NCBI GenBank assembly: GCA_964525635.1
Contig: CAZGJX010000098.1
Span: 1 to 15,182 of the forward strand
Direction of reading: 5' to 3'
Origin: an uncultured archaeon
GTDB taxonomy: Archaea; Asgardarchaeota; Lokiarchaeia; Sigyniarchaeales; SOKP01
Length of the DNA: 15,182 bases
The position numbers and the translations under genes are program-made. The notes beneath the pieces are model-generated. The model made no database searches. It saw only the letters and a list, made by a program, of their open reading frames with translations, and was not told where the DNA came from. Positions 7,535 to 15,182 of the stretch are shown piece by piece (position 1 is the first letter of the stretch; each line of letters begins with the position of its first letter).

Positions 7535-7554
7535 GCATCTTATGCAAAAAGACA

Positions 7555-7572
7555 TTTTTTTTTATTTATTTT
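7555..7572 (+). terminator. Oligo-T terminator after the methyltransferase gene
   Basis: T9 run plus atttatttt about 20 nt after the stop, in the convergent gap with eno. Confidence 0.45.
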
Positions 7573-7656
7573 AAAAGATATTTAAAGCATTAATTATTTT
7601 TTTAATAGAATTAAGGGAAATTTAAAAAATATCTAATAAGAATAAAATAAAAAAAA

Positions 7657-8961
7657 TTATTGGAAATTACTCCAAGATTTAAAATCTTTAGGATATTTTG
7701 CATTTTCTCCTAGTAATTCCTCAATCCGTAATAATTGGTTAAATTTAGCACATCTATCAGATCTTGCTGTTGCTCCCGCTTTTATCTGTCCCGAACAAAG
7801 TCCTACAGCTAGATCTGCAATAAATGCATCTTCTGTTTCACCTGATCGATGAGAAACCATAACATTAAAATTATTTTTAAAAGACATTTTCGCTGCTTTT
7901 ATAGCTTCAGTTAGGGATCCAATTTGATTTACCTTTAATAATAATGCATTACCAGCACCTTGATTTATCGCATTTTCTAGAATCTTAATATTTGTCACTG
8001 TAATATCATCATCTACAATTTGAATTGAATTACCAACTTTTTTAGTTAATTCTGCAAAATTTAAAAAATCCTTTTCATCAAAAGGATCTTCAATAGATGT
8101 TAATGGATATTCTTTTGTTAAATCTACATAATATTGCAATAAATCTTCTTCTGTTAATACTTTTCCATCAATATCATACTTTCCATTTTTATAGAATTCA
8201 CTTGCAGCAGCATCCATAGCTAAAACAAATTCTTTTCCCATTGTGAATCCTCTTTCCTCAATTGCCTCAATTATAACATTTAACGCATCTCTCGTCAATG
8301 TCAAATCAGGAGCAAATCCGCCTTCATCACCAACATTTATTGCATTTGGACCATATTTTTTTGATAAAATACCTTTTAAAACATGATATACCTCTGATAC
8401 ATAACGAATTGCAGTAGAGAATGAATCAGCTCCAACAGGAAGAATCATAAACTCTTGTATTGAAAGATTATTACCTGCATGTTCTCCTCCATTTAGTATA
8501 TTACAACATGGAAGTGGTAATAAATAATCTTTTCTTGTTTTATTATAGCTTAACTCATAAAGATGCTCAAATAAAGGAATATTCTTTAGATTGGCAGCCA
8601 ATTTTGCAACTGCTAATGAAACAGAGAGTATAGCATTTGCTCCTAAATTTTTTTTATTATTGGTACCATCAATTTCAATCATTTTATTATCAATTAATTC
8701 TTGTTCCCTAACATCCAAACCTATTAATTCTTTAGCTAAAATATTATTAACATTTCCAACCGCTTTAGTTACATGTTTTCCTAAAAACTCATTCCCTTTA
8801 TCTCTTAATTCCAAGGCTTCTAATTCTCCTGTTGAGGCTCCAGAAGGTACAGCTGCTCTCCCCATAATATTATTTGAAATAACATCACATTCAACAGTAG
8901 GATTTCCTCGAGAATCAATAATCCATCTTGCTTTAATCTTCTCAATTTTAAAATCTGTCAT
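7657..8961 (-). CDS. eno: Enolase (phosphopyruvate hydratase)
   Basis: DSRGNPTVE, VPSGASTG, GDEGGFAP, DAAASEF, LLKVNQIG, SHRSGETED and NQLLRIEE. Confidence 0.98.
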   Translation of the reverse strand: MTDFKIEKIKARWIIDSRGNPTVECDVISNNIMGRAAVPSGASTGELEALELRDKGNEFLGKHVTKAVGNVNNILAKELIGLDVREQELIDNKMIEIDGTNNKKNLGANAILSVSLAVAKLAANLKNIPLFEHLYELSYNKTRKDYLLPLPCCNILNGGEHAGNNLSIQEFMILPVGADSFSTAIRYVSEVYHVLKGILSKKYGPNAINVGDEGGFAPDLTLTRDALNVIIEAIEERGFTMGKEFVLAMDAAASEFYKNGKYDIDGKVLTEEDLLQYYVDLTKEYPLTSIEDPFDEKDFLNFAELTKKVGNSIQIVDDDITVTNIKILENAINQGAGNALLLKVNQIGSLTEAIKAAKMSFKNNFNVMVSHRSGETEDAFIADLAVGLCSGQIKAGATARSDRCAKFNQLLRIEELLGENAKYPKDFKSWSNFQ

Positions 8962-9224
8962 AAAAATCTTGTATTTTTAGAATATTTTTTTTTAAATTTA
9001 ATATAAAAAAGGAAGGAATTGAATATTATATTAACCATCTCAAATAATAAATAAAAAAGTATGAAATATAGATAAATTTTGATTCGCTTACCTCAGAGCT
9101 TTTATATTTAAGTGATTATCTAATTTTTACATATAATGAAATAAAATCCTAATTCTCTAATAATAAATATTTTAATGTTAAAATCACTTTATTTTTAAAT
9201 TATCAATTAATTTAATAAATAGAT

Positions 9225-10190
9225 ATGTCAAACCGTCCTTGGGTAGAAAAATATAGACCTCGAGTTTTAGATGATGTAGTTAATCAAATTGGAATTCTAA
9301 AAAGATTAAAGCAATTTATTAAAGATAAATCCATGCCTCATCTTATTTTTGCAGGACCTGCAGGTACTGGAAAAACAACTTCTGCCCTAGCGATGGTAAG
9401 GGAATTATACGGGTCTAAAATGGCAATAAATCATACTTATTTAGAATTAAATGCGAGTGATGCTCGAGGTATTGATGTTATTAGAACATATATCAAGGAT
9501 TTTGCAAAAGCAAGACCTCCTATGGATATTTCTTATAAAATTCTAATATTAGATGAAGCTGATAATATGACCTCTCCTGCTCAACAAGCTTTAAGAAGAA
9601 CAATGGAAAAATATACTAAAAATTGTAGAATGGTTTTAATTTGTAATTATTCAAATAAAATCATACCACCAATTCAATCTAGATGTGTAGTGTTCAGATT
9701 CTCTTCTCTTTCAAATGAAGATATAAAAAAAAGAATTAAAAGTATCGCCCAAAAAGAGAATATCGAAATAAATCCTGATGGTCTAAATGCTTTAGTTGAT
9801 GTGTCAAGAGGAGATTTAAGGAGAGCGATAAATTATTTACAATCATGTGGTACAATCTCTAATAAAATTGACCAAGAAATTGTTTTTCGAGTAGCAGGGG
9901 AAGTACCACCAGAGAAAATAAAAGTAATATTAAATGTAGCGATACAAGGAGAATTAGAATTATCAATAAAATTATTAGGGGAGATAATTAATAATTATGG
10001 ACTATCTGGAAGGAACATTATTAAGAATATACATAGAGAAATCTATAATCTTAATATTCCAGAACTAATGAAAATTGAATTATCTAAGATTTTAGCAGAA
10101 TTCGAATATAGACTTACACAAGGGGCAACTGAAGAAATTCAATTACAAGCTTTATTAGCTAAAATCGTTCTTTTGCATGATATTGAATAA
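9225..10190 (+). CDS. rfcS: Replication factor C small subunit
   Basis: PWVEKYRP, Walker A GPAGTGKT, LELNASD, Walker B DEAD, SRC motif and GDLRRAIN. 321 aa with no intein. Confidence 0.96.
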   Translation: MSNRPWVEKYRPRVLDDVVNQIGILKRLKQFIKDKSMPHLIFAGPAGTGKTTSALAMVRELYGSKMAINHTYLELNASDARGIDVIRTYIKDFAKARPPMDISYKILILDEADNMTSPAQQALRRTMEKYTKNCRMVLICNYSNKIIPPIQSRCVVFRFSSLSNEDIKKRIKSIAQKENIEINPDGLNALVDVSRGDLRRAINYLQSCGTISNKIDQEIVFRVAGEVPPEKIKVILNVAIQGELELSIKLLGEIINNYGLSGRNIIKNIHREIYNLNIPELMKIELSKILAEFEYRLTQGATEEIQLQALLAKIVLLHDIE

Positions 10191-11003
10191 ATTATATTGA
10201 AGCCAATATTTATACTCCTGAGATTGAAAATGATAATTTAAACGGTCAATTGATTTCTTATCAATCATAAATTTTATATTTTTATCGTATTCAATATCCC
10301 ATAATATTAATCCTTTAGGATCAGCTGGTTCATATGAGACATATTCTGAAGTATCTAATAAATTTATAAATTCTGTAAAGGTAATATCTCCCATTCCAAG
10401 TTCAAGAATTTTTTTTACAATTCTTCTTATTTGTTGCCTTAAAAATGCCTTACTTTTAAACTCCAGAATCAAAGAATCATTTATAAGATTTAAATCTACA
10501 AATTTCATATCTCTGATAGTTTTTTTTTTTTCTTTACTTCTTTTTGAGAAATTTAGAAAATCATGGTTGCCTATTAATGCTCTACATGCTTTCTCCATGA
10601 CTCGAATATTAATATTATATTTTTTCTTTAAATAACTAAAGGGTTGAGGAACAATGTATTTATAATGTCTTAATATTGCATTAAATCTTGGCGAATAATC
10701 ACTAGGAACTAAAGAATATGCCCATAATCCAATATCTTTTGGTAAAGATGAATTTAACTCCATTAATACTGGTTTTTTCTTAGTTATTAATGAAAATACC
10801 GCTCCTCTGGCAGAAACATATCTATCAGTTCTACTAGCAGACTCAAACTTTGAAGATTGTGTATCATCAATATAATTCTTTTCTTTAAATTTATTAATTA
10901 GATTTTCTTCTATGCTTGGTAGTATTTTCTGTCTTTGGGATCCATAGAAATCCTTTCCTCCAATATAATAAAACTTGAAAAAAAATTTTTGTTCAGCAAC
11001 CAT
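10155..11003 (-). CDS. truA: tRNA pseudouridine(38-40) synthase TruA
   Basis: FYGSQRQ, SRTD (catalytic Asp) followed by VSA, RHYKY, GNHDFLNFS, FLRQQIRRIV and PKGLILWDIEY. Confidence 0.93.
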   Translation of the reverse strand: MVAEQKFFFKFYYIGGKDFYGSQRQKILPSIEENLINKFKEKNYIDDTQSSKFESASRTDRYVSARGAVFSLITKKKPVLMELNSSLPKDIGLWAYSLVPSDYSPRFNAILRHYKYIVPQPFSYLKKKYNINIRVMEKACRALIGNHDFLNFSKRSKEKKKTIRDMKFVDLNLINDSLILEFKSKAFLRQQIRRIVKKILELGMGDITFTEFINLLDTSEYVSYEPADPKGLILWDIEYDKNIKFMIDKKSIDRLNYHFQSQEYKYWLQYNLFNIMQKNDFS

Positions 11004-11269
11004 AATAATTATAGAATTGAACCTGATGTATATACTTTAGATTTAATTTTATTATAAATATTATTAATCATTGTTTTTTTTTATAAAATAATATAATCTG
11101 AATTTTTTTTAATGTATAACAATTATTCATCAGAATTATTCAACAAATTAAATAATAATTTAAACTAGTTGTTCTAAAAAATAAAATTTTAATTTTAACG
11201 AATTTTTTATTATCTAACTTTTATTATGTTTTTTTAAAAAGTTATATAATTAAAAATTGTAGATAATTT

Positions 11270-14200
11270 ATGTCGAAGATCATCAATACTACTAAAAACT
11301 TACGCGATCGTGTAAGTGCTAGTGTGACAATAAAGAAGCAAAACATTCTATTTTACACAGCTTTATTTTTAGTGTTTATATTAGCAATATGGTTAAGATT
11401 ATCACCATTACTTCAAGATGAACAATTAATAAAAGCCTTTGATCCTTGGATTCAATATTATAACGCAGAATATCTCTCTCAAAATGGTCCTTATGAGTAT
11501 TTTATTTGGCATGATATCAAAAGTTGGTATCCTCAGGGAATTGATAGATTTTACTTAAGACCTGGTTTAACTTTCACTGTAGTCTTTTTCCATGATATAC
11601 TTAATTTTCTTGGACTTCCTATTTCATTATACGATGTATGCTACTTCTTTCCTGCGTTTATGGCAGGATTGACAGTATTAGCGATATATTTTCTTGGAAA
11701 AGAGATTTTAGATAGGAAAGTTGGATTATTAGCAGCATTTTTCCTGGCGTTTAGTCCGGGATATATGCAAAGAACTATAGCTGGATTTTTTGATAATGAA
11801 ACAATTGGTGTTTTTGCTACTATTATGACTTTTCTCTTCTTTTTAAAAACCTTGAGAACTGGAAGAACAACTTATTCTATTTTAGGAGGTATATTTTCTG
11901 GGTATTTAGCATTGAGTTGGGGAGGATATGAATTCGTATTTTACACTATACCAATTGTATGTATTTTATTAATTCTATTAAATAAATATAATTCAAATGT
12001 TCTAATTGCCTACGCAGGAGTTCAAGGAGTTGGACTATTAATTGCTAGTTTTTACTATTTCTTTAAATTTGAAAAGTTATTCACTAGTATAGATATTGGG
12101 GGAATATTGCTCTTCACGATACTCATAATATTTTATCATATTCTTTATACTAGGAAAAAGACTATGCCCAATACGTATAGAAGAGTGACGAATTTTATTA
12201 AATGGGGAATAATTCCTACTGCTATAGTTGTAGCTGTAATAATTTGGGTGAATCCAAAACTCATTCCTTTTGGAATAGGTGCAAGACTCAATAGTGTTCT
12301 TAACCCTCTGTTCAGAAATCAAATAAATTTAGTAGCATCAGTAGCAGAACATATGCCAAGCTCTTGGAGTGTATTTTATTATGATATCTTAATTCCTCTA
12401 ATGTTATTACCATTAGGAATATACTTTTGTTTCAAACGATATAATAGTGCAGACATCTTCTTATTAGTTTTTACATTATTATTATTCTATTTTACTGGAA
12501 GTATGATAAGAATTATGTTAGTCTTTGCTCCTGCTGCAGCATTAATGGGTTCTTATGGATTAGTTAATGTGTTAAAAATATTTGGTAGTTTTCATGGAAA
12601 AAGAAAAGTAGGTGTAAGTCGTAAAAGAACAAAATTAATGAGAAGGAAAAAAACATTAGGGAAAAAGGAAGTTTATGGTGTTTATCTTATCGTTGGCTTC
12701 TTATGCCTTGTTCAAGTTACCCACGCAGTCGATATTTCCGTCCAAATGTCTTCTGGACAGATGGTTCCAGGAGGGGTTCTTCATGATTGGGAAGAATCTT
12801 TAACATGGATGCAGAATAATTTGCCTGGGGATACTGTTGTTGTAAGTTGGTGGGATTATGGATATTGGCTAACCCCAATAGGAAATATGACAACTGTTAA
12901 TGATAATGCCAATATTAATTCCTCCAGAAATGGTCTGACTGGAATGGCATTAATGCAAACAAATGAGATATATAGTGCAAAAATATTGAAATTGCTTAAA
13001 GCGGATTATGTACTAGTGTATTTTGGATTCTTATATGATGGATTGGGAGGAGATGAAGGAAAATGGCAATGGATGTTAAGAATTTGCAATGATCATTATG
13101 AGAAATATAAACGTTGGGGATTAGAAGAAGATAACTGGAAGGAAACTTCTGTATTTGATGAAGAGGAATATTATAATGATACATCTTATAGACAAGAAGA
13201 TAAATGGTTTGATAGTCAATTAGCAAAATTAATGTTTTATGGATTACCAACGGTAGATGAACCTTATGAGGGCCACCCAGATGGTAATTATGCAGATGGT
13301 ACAATTATTCAAGATTATATCAATAAAATAAATGCTCGCCCAGTTGATAATGGAGGATTCTGGGCAGATAAAATACCTACAAACGGTAATTATCAATTTG
13401 ACGTTTTTAGGCCCCCAAATCCTAATGATCCTGGTGACCCTAATGCGGGGTATTTCTCAAGCAATCTTTTAGTTAAGCTATATAAAATTGATTACACTCC
13501 ATTAGAATCACAATTTATCATTGAAGAACCACAAATCTTTGATAGTGGTTATGGAACAGTTAAAGTGAAGAATATTGGAACTAAAGAAATAATAATTTCT
13601 GATATAAAAGTTAACAATGAAACGAGAACTTTTGATATGGGTAGGTCCTTTGGTAATAATAAGCTAGAAGAAGGTGAAGAAGATATTATTTGGTTTAATA
13701 CAAGCGATGGTAGTGGTGCTTCTCTCTTCAATGAATATGATACTGCCCAATTAGAGATTACTGCTACATCAGAAGCACTCGGAGGAAGGACTTATACATT
13801 TAGTAACTCGACAAGTTATTTCTTTGTTAAAGAAGCTAAACCAGGGAATATAAAGATTATAAGAGAAAACAGTATTTTCGTGTATAATGAAACAACGGGA
13901 GTAGATGATGGATATATTGAAGTTGAGAATATCGGTGAAAATCCTATTGTTATCGATAGTTTCTATGTAAATTCAATCAATAACAAATTTACAACAGTGG
14001 ATTATATAGAAGGATCTTCTATAATTGAGCCAGGAGCAACTTCATTAGCATATCTTCCTAATTCGCCTGTTCCATTCTCAATGAGGTGGGGAAGTAATAT
14101 AATAGGTACTATGAATAATGTAAGTGTTGTAACTATGAATGATGTAGAAGATACGACAATATTTACATCAAATTTAAAGACTGATACAAAACAATATCAA

Positions 14201-14947
14201 TTATCAATAATACCACAGGAACGAATTGTTTCACCAGAATTTTATGCATTAACAGATGCATCAATTCGTAATTATATCTCTCCTGATGCATATACTAATG
14301 CTTTTACGTATGAAAATGGAAGTACTATAATCAATCTTAAAGTTAAAAATACTGGTACCAATAAAATCAGCTTATATGAATTATCTCTTCTAAATGGTAA
14401 TTGGTCATTCATAGACTCATCCGACTATCAATGGACACCTGCTGGGGGATATCTTTTAAATGTTACTGAAGAAACAATTATAAACATTAACGTTGATAGT
14501 AATGTTTTCAAGGTTAATGATGAAATTGGCATGAGTATTTCTGCTTATTTTGATGATAAAAAAGTTGCTTCTGATGCAGGATTTATATATACATTAAACG
14601 GCACTGTTGGTAGTGAGGATATTAAAATCCTTAATAAAGTTCATGGATATAATGCTTCAAGTATATACGTTGATACAGAAACTGGAAATGCAACTGGATG
14701 GATAACCGTTAAAAATGTAGGAATATCTGATTTGACTCTTAATGTCGCGGATTGTGTAAGTGCTGTGTCTTTAACTACCTCGAAGATTAATATAACATAT
14801 GGAGATATAGACTTAGGTCCTCAAGAATGTGCTATTTTAGAATTCGCTCTAAGTGGAGGTATAGATCGTTGGGACACCATAATAATTATTATTGAGACCG
14901 TTGAAGGTATATCTGATGAACTAGAGCTTACTGCTATTCCTTTATAA
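11270..14947 (+). CDS. aglB: Oligosaccharyltransferase AglB/STT3 with long C-terminal extension
   Basis: Multi-TM N-terminal half with FDPW, GFFDNE and SVAEH. WWDYG is at 12848-12862 and the DK motif DEGKWQWM at 13052-13075. The core ends at VKLYKIDY (~13495), followed by about 480 additional aa. Confidence 0.96.
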   Translation: MSKIINTTKNLRDRVSASVTIKKQNILFYTALFLVFILAIWLRLSPLLQDEQLIKAFDPWIQYYNAEYLSQNGPYEYFIWHDIKSWYPQGIDRFYLRPGLTFTVVFFHDILNFLGLPISLYDVCYFFPAFMAGLTVLAIYFLGKEILDRKVGLLAAFFLAFSPGYMQRTIAGFFDNETIGVFATIMTFLFFLKTLRTGRTTYSILGGIFSGYLALSWGGYEFVFYTIPIVCILLILLNKYNSNVLIAYAGVQGVGLLIASFYYFFKFEKLFTSIDIGGILLFTILIIFYHILYTRKKTMPNTYRRVTNFIKWGIIPTAIVVAVIIWVNPKLIPFGIGARLNSVLNPLFRNQINLVASVAEHMPSSWSVFYYDILIPLMLLPLGIYFCFKRYNSADIFLLVFTLLLFYFTGSMIRIMLVFAPAAALMGSYGLVNVLKIFGSFHGKRKVGVSRKRTKLMRRKKTLGKKEVYGVYLIVGFLCLVQVTHAVDISVQMSSGQMVPGGVLHDWEESLTWMQNNLPGDTVVVSWWDYGYWLTPIGNMTTVNDNANINSSRNGLTGMALMQTNEIYSAKILKLLKADYVLVYFGFLYDGLGGDEGKWQWMLRICNDHYEKYKRWGLEEDNWKETSVFDEEEYYNDTSYRQEDKWFDSQLAKLMFYGLPTVDEPYEGHPDGNYADGTIIQDYINKINARPVDNGGFWADKIPTNGNYQFDVFRPPNPNDPGDPNAGYFSSNLLVKLYKIDYTPLESQFIIEEPQIFDSGYGTVKVKNIGTKEIIISDIKVNNETRTFDMGRSFGNNKLEEGEEDIIWFNTSDGSGASLFNEYDTAQLEITATSEALGGRTYTFSNSTSYFFVKEAKPGNIKIIRENSIFVYNETTGVDDGYIEVENIGENPIVIDSFYVNSINNKFTTVDYIEGSSIIEPGATSLAYLPNSPVPFSMRWGSNIIGTMNNVSVVTMNDVEDTTIFTSNLKTDTKQYQLSIIPQERIVSPEFYALTDASIRNYISPDAYTNAFTYENGSTIINLKVKNTGTNKISLYELSLLNGNWSFIDSSDYQWTPAGGYLLNVTEETIININVDSNVFKVNDEIGMSISAYFDDKKVASDAGFIYTLNGTVGSEDIKILNKVHGYNASSIYVDTETGNATGWITVKNVGISDLTLNVADCVSAVSLTTSKINITYGDIDLGPQECAILEFALSGGIDRWDTIIIIIETVEGISDELELTAIPL
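13496..14944 (+). repeat. Four degenerate ~120-140 aa protein-level repeats (Ig-like beta-sandwich) in the AglB tail
   Basis: The motif recurs as VKVKNIG (~13559), IEVENIG (~13916), LKVKNTG (~14336) and ITVKNVG (~14702). Each is followed by a matching strand: LEEGEEDII, IEPGATSLA, LNVTEETII and LGPQECAIL. Confidence 0.75.
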
Positions 14948-15182
14948 AATTAACTTTACTATTTTTTTCATTATTTTTTTTAACAATTAATATAAATTTA
15001 GTTTTTTATAAATTCAAACTCTCTTTCTTTTAAGAAAGTATATCTTATTCTATTATATTATTTTAGATTAAAATAAAAGATATAATTATGCAAGATTCCG
15101 CTTTAGAATTAAAAAAAGCATATGATAAGGGTAAGTCATAGTTTCCAAAAATGATGATAAATCAGGACAGTATTTAAACGGA

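Noticed and set aside
8591-8980. 129-aa + strand ORF
   Set aside because: Antisense shadow of enolase.
12077-13731. Three short minus-strand ORFs (12077-12322, 12996-13304, 13549-13731)
   Set aside because: All are antisense within aglB and lack motifs.
15088-15182. Short ORF MQDSALELKKAYDKGKS* that could continue in another frame (VIVSKNDDKSGQYLNG) to the window edge
   Set aside because: Possibly a frameshifted gene start, but too short and truncated by the window to support.

Overview
Very AT-rich archaeal chromosomal segment. The gene content (two unlipidated Ras-superfamily GTPases, longin-like domains, an STT3-like AglB) points to an Asgard archaeon, probably Lokiarchaeia; this is an inference. 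The left 4 kb is an accessory block. It holds an unannotated 54-aa Cys-rich protein, a Rab-like GTPase whose P-loop lies upstream of the called ATG (probable ATT start), a tandem pair of paralogous 7-TM proteins each ending in a longin-like domain, and an Arf-like GTPase. Together these form a candidate receptor/longin/small-GTPase signalling module. The rest is housekeeping: DUF99, an RNase III-like protein, RpoL with a long acidic N-terminus, a short DUF2067-like protein, Csl4, a METTL5-like methyltransferase, enolase, RFC small subunit, TruA, and a 1225-aa AglB with about 480 extra C-terminal residues forming four Ig-like repeats. No rRNA, tRNA, CRISPR array or mobile element was seen. All family calls come from motif recognition by eye, not database searches.
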